Positions 35,707 to 45,600 of a stretch of 64,000 bases of DNA are shown here, one piece after another (position 1 is the stretch's first letter; each line of letters begins with the position of its first letter). The stretch covers positions 1 to 64,000 of the IMG/VR virus record IMGVR_UViG_3300012665_000925, one strand, 5' to 3'. The notes below the pieces were generated by a model, which worked only from the letters and a program-made list of their open reading frames with translations, did no database searches and had not been told where the DNA came from. Made by a program: the position numbers and the translations under genes. This stretch comes from a virus.

Positions 35707-36210
35707 ATGGTTTATTTTGATATCAGCGGTGTAGACAGCGAAGCCCTACGCTTAAAAGATATGATGGACGGCGTTCTTGAACGCTTAGAGTCCGTCTACC
35801 AGTCCTACAATGTTCCGCTACCTAATCGTCGCTACTGGATGATTGGTGAGCCAGCTTACGACTGCGAGCAAGTTGTTATCGCATTTGACAGTCTTTACCT
35901 AGGCCCTCCAGGAGACGAGGTTGCTCAGCCTAATCGCTGCAACGTTCCTCGCAGTGCGACTTTTCGTATTCTAGTTTCCCGAGAAGTTTCGATTGTTGGC
36001 GTGAACGGACGTCCACCTTCAGGCGATAAGATTCAACAGACTTCTGCACTTCCAACTATCGATGCTTGGATTCTTATGGAGTCTATTCGTGAGTTCGACA
36101 TGTGGGACGAGACTGGTTACGGTCTGGGTGTTGTTGCTTCACTTGAAATTGCAGGTCCAGAGGGTGGCTTCAATACTACTGGTCTGCGCGTAACAATGGC
36201 GGTCCCATAA
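35707..36210 (+). CDS. Tail terminator/completion protein
   Basis: Synteny; PAYDC and GPEGG motifs. Confidence 0.6.
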   Translation: MVYFDISGVDSEALRLKDMMDGVLERLESVYQSYNVPLPNRRYWMIGEPAYDCEQVVIAFDSLYLGPPGDEVAQPNRCNVPRSATFRILVSREVSIVGVNGRPPSGDKIQQTSALPTIDAWILMESIREFDMWDETGYGLGVVASLEIAGPEGGFNTTGLRVTMAVP

Positions 36211-36641
36211 TGCTGCGCTTTAAGTCAAATCGTGTGCATTTTTACAACACGACTTTGCACAACTTTTTGAACACAAACCGTTCTAGAGACCCTATTACGC
36301 TTTGGTCTGAGATTGAGCGGTCTCTTAACCGAGGCGTGCTTAGGGCTAAAGGCGAGGTTGGCGTAAAAACTGGAAGACTTAAAAACAGTATTTTCTCCTA
36401 CCACCTAGGTCACGCTAAGGGTCAGGTTTACGGTATTCGTGCTACCAGACCATACGCTACTATTCACCATGAGGGTTCTCGTGCACACAAGATGGAGATT
36501 ATCCGTCCTAGTGGTAAGTCTCGTGTCCTAGTCTCTAGAACGGTCATGCACCCTGGGACTAAGCCAAACCCATTCCTTAGTAATCAACTAGAAACTATCT
36601 GCCGAGTTGGACGTGGTCCTCACAAGACCTGGAACGAATAA
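36210..36641 (+). CDS. HK97 gp10-like neck/tail completion protein
   Basis: VKTGRLKNSI...YATIHHEGS...HPGTKPNPFL. Confidence 0.7.
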   Translation: MLRFKSNRVHFYNTTLHNFLNTNRSRDPITLWSEIERSLNRGVLRAKGEVGVKTGRLKNSIFSYHLGHAKGQVYGIRATRPYATIHHEGSRAHKMEIIRPSGKSRVLVSRTVMHPGTKPNPFLSNQLETICRVGRGPHKTWNE

Positions 36642-36725
36642 TAGCCATTCCTAGGCCATAGTACAATAGACGTAGGCGTAATAAGCGCCTTTCTATGATG
36701 ACTACAAAAGAAAGATATCACTAAG

Positions 36726-37067
36726 ATGGCAAGATTTAAAGATTTTGGTAAGGGTAAAGAAGACAACACTATTTCTTCAGACCCAATCAAGTTTGCACTA
36801 CACGGTCAGGAATTCGACTGCCACCCACGACTACAGGGTAAGACCCTACTACAGTTCGTTGAACTAGCTAACTCTGAAGACGCTGGCTCATCAGCTAAGG
36901 TTACTCGCGTTTTCTTTGAGAAAGTAATGGACGCTGAGAACTACAAGCGTTTCGATGCACTTCTTGAGCACCCAGACACAATCGTGACCGTTGAGTCACT
37001 TGGAGAAATCATTGGCTGGCTAATCGAGGAGTACAGCGGCCGCCCAAATCAGCAGCCAGAGGCTTAA
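36726..37067 (+). CDS. Tail assembly chaperone (G)
   Basis: Upstream of the tape measure gene; ends with slippery C-CCA-AAT at 37043-37049. Confidence 0.85.
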   Translation: MARFKDFGKGKEDNTISSDPIKFALHGQEFDCHPRLQGKTLLQFVELANSEDAGSSAKVTRVFFEKVMDAENYKRFDALLEHPDTIVTVESLGEIIGWLIEEYSGRPNQQPEA

Positions 37068-37462
37068 CGCTCTGGGCGGTTGACCTCTGGCCGTATGTAA
37101 ATGGTAAAGCACTAGTGAATGGATTGAAACTTGAAGAGATGGAACTCTCTGACATGCTTGATGTCATCCACTATTTCTATGAAGATGACCTCAACTATGC
37201 TTCAGTCGAAGCATCTCAGATGGCAAACGCTAGGCGCATTACCGTTTTCAAGCAACTCTATGGAGTCGAATACAAGTACGCAACCGAAGACGCGAAGAAC
37301 AAGACTGCCACTAGTGGCAATAGTAACTTCGACTTCGACTTGGATGACCCTGTTCCTTTCGACCCAACTAACGCACCTCAGAAACCTTTCATTCCAGCAA
37401 CTGAAATTGATGCTAACTCATTTACACCGTTCGGTGACGTCCTTGACGCCCCCATTAACTAG
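37049..37462 (+). CDS. Tail assembly chaperone -1 frameshift extension (GT)
   Basis: -1 frame open from the slip site (..KSAARGLTLWAVDLWPYVNGKALVNG..); downstream GCCAGAGG/CCTCTGGC stem. Confidence 0.8.
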   Translation, partial: SAARGLTLWAVDLWPYVNGKALVNGLKLEEMELSDMLDVIHYFYEDDLNYASVEASQMANARRITVFKQLYGVEYKYATEDAKNKTATSGNSNFDFDLDDPVPFDPTNAPQKPFIPATEIDANSFTPFGDVLDAPIN

Positions 37463-37484
37463 AAGCTAGCGAGGAGGTGAGAAT

Positions 37485-40400
37485 ATGGCACTCGTAGGTG
37501 AAGCAAGAATTAAGGTTGTTGCTGATACAAGCAAAGTCCGTGAAGAAATTCAAAAGGCTTTTGGCAACATGGAGAAGGACGCTGATAAAGCTGGAAACAG
37601 CGTATCTAAATCTTTCAACAGAGGCATGTCAAATGGCATGGGTAATGGAAACGCTTTTAAGAAATTTACTAGCGAATCCAAACAACTATCGAGTCAGTTC
37701 CACAAAGCAATCCGTAGCAGCTATAAGTGGCAAGCAGCAACAGGAGCTTTGCTACAAAGCATAATGGCGCTCGGTGGCGGTCTTCTCGCTCTCGTTGGTA
37801 ACATAGCTGGTGCCGCTTCGGCTGGTATCGCGCTTGTTGGTGTTATGGCTCAGATTAAAGTTGCCAGCATGGTTGCCAAATCTGCCTTCAAGGGTGTTAT
37901 GGAGGCAGTCAAGAAAGACTCCAAAGGCGCTGGCGAAGCTGGTAAGACAATCAAAGAGCTGCGCGAAGAGATGCAGCAACTTGCATTCGCCGCAGAAGAG
38001 GCTGCTCTTGGTGAAGAAGCAGCGTCCATCAAACTTGAAAAAGCTCGTGAATCTCTGGCTCGTGTTCAAAACCTTCCGCCAGACAACCGTGCCCGACGTG
38101 AAGCGGAGCTAGCCTATAAAGAGGCTGAACTTGGCTATCGTAAAGCTAAAGACAAAAACGCTGACGCCGAAGATGCAATCATCAATCCTAAAAAGAAAAA
38201 GGGTTCGATTGGCGATGACCCTTATAAGGACTTGACCAAGAGTCAAAAAGAGTTTGCAATATACCTAAAGAGCGTAATGCCTGAGTTTAAGAAGCTCAAC
38301 GAGGCGGCAGCTAGTGGCTTCCTTCCAGAAGTAAAAAAGGGAATGCAAGAAATGTTTAAGGGCGGTCTATTTGACCGCCTTGTAAAGGGCTTTGAAGATG
38401 TCGGTAAGGGTCTAGGTAAGGCGACTAAAAACTTCGCTGGGACAATGTTCGACCCTCAGAACCAGAACAACCTCTCTACGTTCTTCAAGAACACTGCCAC
38501 GACTACAGGAACTCTCGGTACAGTCCTAGGAAAAGCATTCTCTGGCTTCCTTACGCTGATGACTGCAATCAATCCGCTTATTACTAGGTTCACCAGCTTC
38601 CTAGAGATGAAAGCAACTGGATTCTCTAAAAACATGCAGGGCGACTTTGCCAATGTTCAGGCGTTTTTTAAGCAAGCTGGAGATGCAGCCGCTGGATGGG
38701 GTACAATCCTAGGACGTATCTTTGATAAGTTCAAAGGCATGATTAAGGCTAACGTCGGTCCTGGTACTGGCGGTCAGCTTCTTCTAGACTACTTCAAGCA
38801 AGGTACTGACGGATTCCGTGGGCTAGACGGTGCTGCTGGAGAGTTTGCTCGAAAGAACCACTTCCTAGCATCTGCTACCAACCTAAAAGCTATGCTTGAG
38901 AGCGTTAGCAAAATATTTGGCTTTATGTCTGACCTAGGTACTGACCCTGCTGTTGCTAGTTTCTGGGGTATTCTATCTGAGCTAGAGGGGCCGCTCAGCC
39001 ATATATTTGAATCTATTACTGGCTCTTCCGATGAGTTAGCTAAGCTACTAGTTACGGTAGTTGAGATTGTTGCATCGTTCACTGATGCTGGTCAGTTGAA
39101 TGCATACATGGGAATTTTAAGCAATATTTTTGGTATCCTCGGTGGAATTGTTAGGACGCTTTCTCCTGTCTTAGCCTTCTTTGGACCAGCTGTAGGTGCT
39201 ATCGGTGCGCTGGTGACTACTATGCTCCTTCTGAAGAAGGTCACCATGCTCGTGACTGGTACCACTATGGTGCTTGGTAAAGGCATCGGCTGGGTTACCA
39301 GAATGACTCAGGGATTGATTCTTGCCAACAAGACTCACCTGGCTCAGGAAACCCTGAGCATGCGAATTAAGCGAGCCCTGATTATGCTAACTACCGCTGA
39401 GGGTAGAGCAAAGATGATGGCATCTCTTAAAGTAATCTTCTCTGCTGGTGCTAGCCAAAAAGCAGCTCAGGCTGATGCTCAGGCTGCGATAGCTAAGGCT
39501 GCTGCTACAGGAGCTACTGTTGCTCAGTCGGTAGTAACTACCGCTGCTATCGGCCCTACTATGGCCTTGTCTGCTGCCATCAACTCAGCTATCTGGCCTC
39601 TAACTCTTATTGTTGCCGCTATTGCTCTAGTTGTGGTGGGTATCATCGCCCTTGTAGGCTGGCTAAACCAGATTAAAGCTGACCAGGTTAAAAAAGCTGG
39701 TAAGGAAATTGACTCTCAGTTTACAGCAACTAAGGGCAAAATCATTGGTGCCGCCGAAGCTCAGGATATGTGGAGTGCTTCGCTTCTCTCTATGCGTGAT
39801 GACCAAAAAACTGGAATCAAAAGCATCAAAGAGATGGGTAAGGCTCTAAACGAACAGGGAATTTATGTACAAGGCTATGGAACTGTACAGTCAGAAGCCC
39901 ATAAGAACGCTAAAGAAGCCCTAGATGTGTATATGAGCAGCTTAGCTAAACTTGCAAAGAAGAACTTGCCAGAGGCTCAACGCCAGTTCCGCAACATGAT
40001 TGTATCTAGCGGAATGAACAAGCAAGCTACCATGGATTCCATTGTTGCAAACAAGGACATGGTTAAGTCTCTGGAGAAGCAAGCCAAGGCAATGGGTGAC
40101 ACCATTATGAATGCCGACGGTACAGTGAATGCTCTGAAGGCGCTCGACTATGCTATTGGCGAAGGCTCTTATGTTCGCCAGAAAGCTATTCTAGAGCAAA
40201 GAAAGTTTGCCGAAACCTTTAAGAATGCTGCTTCTACATTTATTGATAGCAATGAAGCTATGCAAAATGCTACCACTGATGGCAAGCTTGACCTTAAGAA
40301 GTATGTCAAAGAGCTAAAGAACCAGGGAGGGGAGCTCACTAGCTGGAGAGCTAACATCACCAAGCTGAATGGTCTCTTCACAGATAAAAAGGTTCTTCAG

Positions 40401-41216
40401 GGAATCATTGCTCAGGGGTCTGCTGGTGCAGGACTTGTGCAGGCACTTGCCAGTGGCGGTCAAAAGGCCGTCACTGAGTATCAAAATGCTCAGAAGGAAA
40501 TCCTCAAAGCTAAGCAGGATGCTGACACTTTCACTAGAGCGTACAGCAGCACCGAAGCCGCCTCTAACGCTCTAAAAAACAGCATGAAGGGGGCTGGCAG
40601 CATGATGGCTAGGACTATGGAACGTTTTGCTGACGATGCCGCATCAGGTATGGGAACATTTGAACTTGCTGCTAAATATAATATCAGCGAGAAAGCCCTC
40701 ATAGCTGAGCAGAAGAGACTGGATGCTGGTGGCGACCTAGCTAAGAACGTGAACCTAACTGCCCAATGGGACAAGCCAAGCCTACAGGCGATGCAAAAGG
40801 AACTAGCTGAGAAAATGGGCACAATAACGCTTACAGCTGTGCCTGGACCAGCTAAAGGTAATGCTAATGGAGGCGTTATCACTCGTGCTCTTGGTGGCAT
40901 CGTCGGTACAGTTCGGGACATTTCTAAGTTTGCAGACGGCTATGGACCTAGCTACAACGGCCGCGTAACTGGCCCTGGAACTGCTCGCTCTGACCAGATT
41001 CCTGCAATGATTTCTAACGGCGAGTTTGTTATGAACGCCCGCGCTACCGCTGCCAACCTAGACCTACTAAATGCCATGAACAGCAATAAGGGTGTCTCTG
41101 CTGGAAACCAGATTGCTATTACAGTAAATGCAGCCCCAGGTATGGACGAGCAGCAAGTTGCCGCTCAGGTTGCCCGTCAGCTCGATGCTCAGCTATCTAA
41201 GGGTGGTGCTCTATAA
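37485..41216 (+). CDS. Tape measure protein
   Basis: 1243 aa; helical and Ala/Gly-rich; C-terminal GPGT.RSD.IPAMISNGEFVMNA motif. Confidence 0.93.
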   Translation: MALVGEARIKVVADTSKVREEIQKAFGNMEKDADKAGNSVSKSFNRGMSNGMGNGNAFKKFTSESKQLSSQFHKAIRSSYKWQAATGALLQSIMALGGGLLALVGNIAGAASAGIALVGVMAQIKVASMVAKSAFKGVMEAVKKDSKGAGEAGKTIKELREEMQQLAFAAEEAALGEEAASIKLEKARESLARVQNLPPDNRARREAELAYKEAELGYRKAKDKNADAEDAIINPKKKKGSIGDDPYKDLTKSQKEFAIYLKSVMPEFKKLNEAAASGFLPEVKKGMQEMFKGGLFDRLVKGFEDVGKGLGKATKNFAGTMFDPQNQNNLSTFFKNTATTTGTLGTVLGKAFSGFLTLMTAINPLITRFTSFLEMKATGFSKNMQGDFANVQAFFKQAGDAAAGWGTILGRIFDKFKGMIKANVGPGTGGQLLLDYFKQGTDGFRGLDGAAGEFARKNHFLASATNLKAMLESVSKIFGFMSDLGTDPAVASFWGILSELEGPLSHIFESITGSSDELAKLLVTVVEIVASFTDAGQLNAYMGILSNIFGILGGIVRTLSPVLAFFGPAVGAIGALVTTMLLLKKVTMLVTGTTMVLGKGIGWVTRMTQGLILANKTHLAQETLSMRIKRALIMLTTAEGRAKMMASLKVIFSAGASQKAAQADAQAAIAKAAATGATVAQSVVTTAAIGPTMALSAAINSAIWPLTLIVAAIALVVVGIIALVGWLNQIKADQVKKAGKEIDSQFTATKGKIIGAAEAQDMWSASLLSMRDDQKTGIKSIKEMGKALNEQGIYVQGYGTVQSEAHKNAKEALDVYMSSLAKLAKKNLPEAQRQFRNMIVSSGMNKQATMDSIVANKDMVKSLEKQAKAMGDTIMNADGTVNALKALDYAIGEGSYVRQKAILEQRKFAETFKNAASTFIDSNEAMQNATTDGKLDLKKYVKELKNQGGELTSWRANITKLNGLFTDKKVLQGIIAQGSAGAGLVQALASGGQKAVTEYQNAQKEILKAKQDADTFTRAYSSTEAASNALKNSMKGAGSMMARTMERFADDAASGMGTFELAAKYNISEKALIAEQKRLDAGGDLAKNVNLTAQWDKPSLQAMQKELAEKMGTITLTAVPGPAKGNANGGVITRALGGIVGTVRDISKFADGYGPSYNGRVTGPGTARSDQIPAMISNGEFVMNARATAANLDLLNAMNSNKGVSAGNQIAITVNAAPGMDEQQVAAQVARQLDAQLSKGGAL

Positions 41217-42619
41217 TGACAGTTGACTATACAAAGTCTGGTGCTCAGGGTTTAGAAAATAAAATTGTTAATCAGGGACTTACTAAAGTTCCGTTCCCGA
41301 ATATTACGGGTCTCACTCTTGCTGCTGATATCCACCTGAAACATCCAGACATCGCCGAAGAACTCACCTTCAATACTATTGACTCAGACAACAACGTCTG
41401 GGTAATTACCGACATTCAAAACTGGTGGAACATGCCAGAGCCAGAACTTCCAGACATTGCTCGCGGTCTAGACGACGGCTCTTATGACGTTCGCGGGCGT
41501 TGGAGAGCTAGAAGCATGACTGTGACTGGTTCGATTCTTGTGTCAGACGCATCTAAAACAGCCGCTGCCCGTCAGAAACTTATGGAATACTGCAACCTTG
41601 TCTACACGGGCGGTTGGTTGATTGTTGACGAGACCCCTTACCGCAAGGCTGCCTACGTGCGTCTAGTCGGTCAGCCGACATTCGAGAACCCTACTCCTCG
41701 TGGTCGTATCAACTTTACAATCCCGCTAAAAGCGGCTGACCCGCTAAAGTACTACTGGAACCGAGCCGACACAGATGGTTACACTTATGCCAACAGCATT
41801 GCCACGGCTAACGTAATCAATAACGGTAACTATCAAGTAGCTGGTGTATTTACTGTTACAGGTCCAATTACTGCTCCCGCATACATTGTAGCCAACAACG
41901 CAACTACTAGCACCAGTCAGAAACTGACAATCACAGCTAGTCTTCGTGATACCACCTACACTACTGGAACTACCTATACCGAGTTCTCTGGCGGTACTGC
42001 AATCATCACAGCTAATGCTGTAGCTAACGCTAGCCACGGATTCCTTGTTGGTGACCGAATCACTATTACTGGCTCTGGAACTAGGTTCAACGCAACAAAC
42101 GTTGCCGTTACTGCAGTTACTACCAGCACTATCTCTTACGAGAAGCCGATTGCTAACATCACTAGCATCACCCACTCTGGTAACGTAGCTGCGGTAACCA
42201 CTGCGGCTGCTCATGGATTAGTTGCTGGTGACACCTTCTACATCAAGGGGAGCAGCAACCCAGTATTTGACGGGGGCTACACTGTTCTAGCCTCTCCGAC
42301 CCCTGGAACATACACATTCTCTTATTCAAAAGTAACCGCTAACCAGGGCTCTGGCTACGGCGGTACGCTGTCTCCTCAGCTGGCATCTACAGCTTTAGGT
42401 TCGCCTGGAGCAGTTACCCTAGCCGTAACCGACACTATGAGCATCGATACCTACAACAACACTGTTGTTTACCGAGGACTTCCTGACTCATCGCGCTCAA
42501 CGCTGGCTGTAAACGTTGACTGGATTAAATTTAAACCTGGGACTTCAGTAGTTACTTTCTCTCCGACTGCAGGTGCAGGAACGTGTTCGCTCAAATACCG
42601 CTCTGGCTGGATAGGGTAA
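41216..42619 (+). CDS. Distal tail (Dit-like) protein with inserted beta-rich repeats
   Basis: Follows the tape measure gene; LKAADPLKY and C-terminal YRSGW. Confidence 0.75.
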   Translation: MTVDYTKSGAQGLENKIVNQGLTKVPFPNITGLTLAADIHLKHPDIAEELTFNTIDSDNNVWVITDIQNWWNMPEPELPDIARGLDDGSYDVRGRWRARSMTVTGSILVSDASKTAAARQKLMEYCNLVYTGGWLIVDETPYRKAAYVRLVGQPTFENPTPRGRINFTIPLKAADPLKYYWNRADTDGYTYANSIATANVINNGNYQVAGVFTVTGPITAPAYIVANNATTSTSQKLTITASLRDTTYTTGTTYTEFSGGTAIITANAVANASHGFLVGDRITITGSGTRFNATNVAVTAVTTSTISYEKPIANITSITHSGNVAAVTTAAAHGLVAGDTFYIKGSSNPVFDGGYTVLASPTPGTYTFSYSKVTANQGSGYGGTLSPQLASTALGSPGAVTLAVTDTMSIDTYNNTVVYRGLPDSSRSTLAVNVDWIKFKPGTSVVTFSPTAGAGTCSLKYRSGWIG

Positions 42620-42656
42620 AATAGTCTTATAGAGACGACCCGACGTGAGGATGTAA

Positions 42657-45600
42657 ATGCCAGACGGTATAGCACTACCAATTACGAGCGCTAATGCGCC
42701 TCGCTACCGCTACTATACGGTTAACATTGTCACCAACAAGGTAATCGGTGAAATCCCTTTTGAAGATGTTAGCTACGAGCGTTCAGTAAAAGCTCCTGGT
42801 CCTTTTGAAGGAAAGATTACTGTATCTGAGCAGACTAACGACTTGGACCTCTACAACGCCACCCTACCTGGCAAGACTGCTCTTTACGTAGTCCGCGACG
42901 AGACCCCAGTTTGGGGCGGAATTATCTGGGGCCGCACCTACGACCTAGTTGGTCGAAGCCTTGCTATTTCGGCTTCTGAATTTACAAGTTACCTAAGCCA
43001 CCGAATTGTTTGGAAGACCTACTCGCACAGCTTTACTGCAAAGCTGACTAAGGTAACCGACAATGGCTATGTCAAAGTTTCTGTTCAGAATAAGACGCTC
43101 AAAGAAGCCCTCACAATTACTGACGCTAGTGGTAACCCGACTACTGTCAGCATCAACTTTGCCGACAACGCTTTGCGTAAGTACAATAAAAATTACAATG
43201 TTGTTGGACTAGCTAGCACTCCTGCAGCTCCTGCTGACCCAGGGCGTACCGCATTCTATGTTGATATGCCACTACTGCCAGCTAAAAAAGGTATCTACGA
43301 TGGTGTAGGCGTATCTATGAAAGCAGATACCTACGACTACTTACGCGATATTCTTACCTCTACCTTTGCTGACTTCACCGACATACAGTTCCCGAACGAG
43401 GTAATCGAGCCAGGTATCCGTGAAGCCTACACCGTGAAGACTAAGCAGTTAGCTGCCTCTAACTCCACCGTTGGTGTGGCCACGCTAACAACAGAAACTG
43501 ACCACGGGCTAACCCTGGGGCAGAGTGTTGAGATTTCGAATGTTGACCCTCAGCTAGATGGTTTGTATGCGGTAAGTGAGATTCCAAACAAGCAAACATT
43601 CAAATACAACATCGTTAATCCTGTTGCAGCGTATGACCGTTCTACGAAGATATACCTTACAAACATTGCTACTGCGAATGTTGTTGACCAGAGAGATACT
43701 GTTGCTAGGCGCAGGGTTACTACCTATATCTCTCAGTACATCACCAATATCTCTAGAGTAAGCGGAGTTACCACTCTAACTTTTGATGGTGTTCACAATT
43801 TTGAAAAAGGACAGAAGATAGTTCTATCTATCGAAGCTTCGCCTTATGTCTACTTTATGATTTCTGTGACCACGACAAAAAATGGTAAAAAGACCACTAA
43901 AAAGGTGAAGACTAATACTTTTGATTACAAACAGTGGAATCACACGGTCCTAGTAACATCTGCCACTGACGAGACCATCACCTTCGATGAGCCTAAGTAC
44001 AAGGCAGCTAAGTACAATAAAACTTTTGATACTGTAACTCTCAATAAGAACTCTGCCAAGAGCGCGGAGCCAGTATCCACACTGCAGCTCTACCCTAGCA
44101 ACTCTTCTGGCTACAACATTGGAGACAATGTATACGTTGATGGTGTCGACCAGCCAGAATGGCCGTATGGTGTGTACGACGGGTATCAGAAGATTTACGA
44201 CGTCAGCCCTGGTACGGCAATAAAAATCTCCTCATACGAGTCTCTTCTATCCAATTCTAACGAGGACGAGACAGAAGATACTGTAGTTGTCCGCTACACT
44301 TGCGACGCTGACCCAGGGATTGCCGAGCAGGATGAGTTTGTTGTTTCTGGCATTACCGCATATCCTCAGCTGAATGGTACTTTTATTGCCGCTAAGCCTT
44401 CATACAAGAGCAGCACCAAGTGGATTGTAGAAGTTAAGAAAGCCATTGCAATTATTTCTTCTACCGCTCAGTCTTCTGGGGCAGCACTGCGTAAAAATGG
44501 TGACAGTTGGATTGCTTATAGGCCAAACACTAGTGAGCTACGCTACAGCTTGAAGAGCGAGCCAAATAACGTGGCTGCGGTTGTTAAGATGTCTTACACT
44601 AAAAAAACTAAAACAGTAAAAGTAGTCACTAAAGAGCGTCACAGCTTTAAGGTTGGCGACAACGTAAGACTCGAATATGCAAAGTCCAAAAACAACGTCG
44701 ACCAAAAAACCTATGGCGGTAACATAGTCATCACTGGCGTTAGCGACTCGGACACCTTTACTTACGTGCTTGTCAAGGGTAGACACAAGCTGGCTGCCCC
44801 GACCTCTGACGTAGCTGTTGTGACTAAGACAGCTACTGCCACACTAATCTCCAGCAAGACTGCTATCACCCCTGCATTAGATATCCCTATCTTAGCTATT
44901 AGAGGAGAGGCTACTTCTGATGCCTATTCAACAATCACTGTTTATGCTGATGACCATGATTTAAAAAGCGGTGATTTCATATCAATCAGCTATGCTAATG
45001 CTGCTTACAACGCGATATCTACCAAAGAAGAGCCAGTCCAGGTAACTACTGCTGGAGATAAGTATTTTAGATATCAAGTTGGTGGCCCTAGCTTTGGCGG
45101 AGATACGACAAATGTGTACAGCCTAGAGTACATGAGCAGCTCTAACGTTCGCGTAAAAGTTGCTAAGAGCACTGCCCTAACCGCTCTTACAGCTACAATT
45201 ACTTCTGTTGATTTCTCTAACGTAGCCAATAATCAAGTAGTATTCACAACAGCTTCTCCTCATGGCATTGTTGCTGGTCGTAAGGTATCCATCACTGGGT
45301 TCCCTCAGCCTTCAACTACCATAAGAACTTCAACCAATACTGCGGTTACGGTTACTAATATCTCCTACCTCAGCCAAGACAACTCCATCACTGTAAGATT
45401 CTCGGCCCCGCACGGACTGAGTGACGTTGATGACATTGGTGCAAAACTAAAGATTAGCGGAGCACCAGACACGGCTCCGTATCTCACTGATACCGACTAC
45501 ATTAACGGCCTACCTCTAAAGTCCTGGCTGAACTCTTCAACTGGCCACTACATCGCAGATGTTGTTACGCCTACCGAAGTGTCGATACCTCTTATGGAGT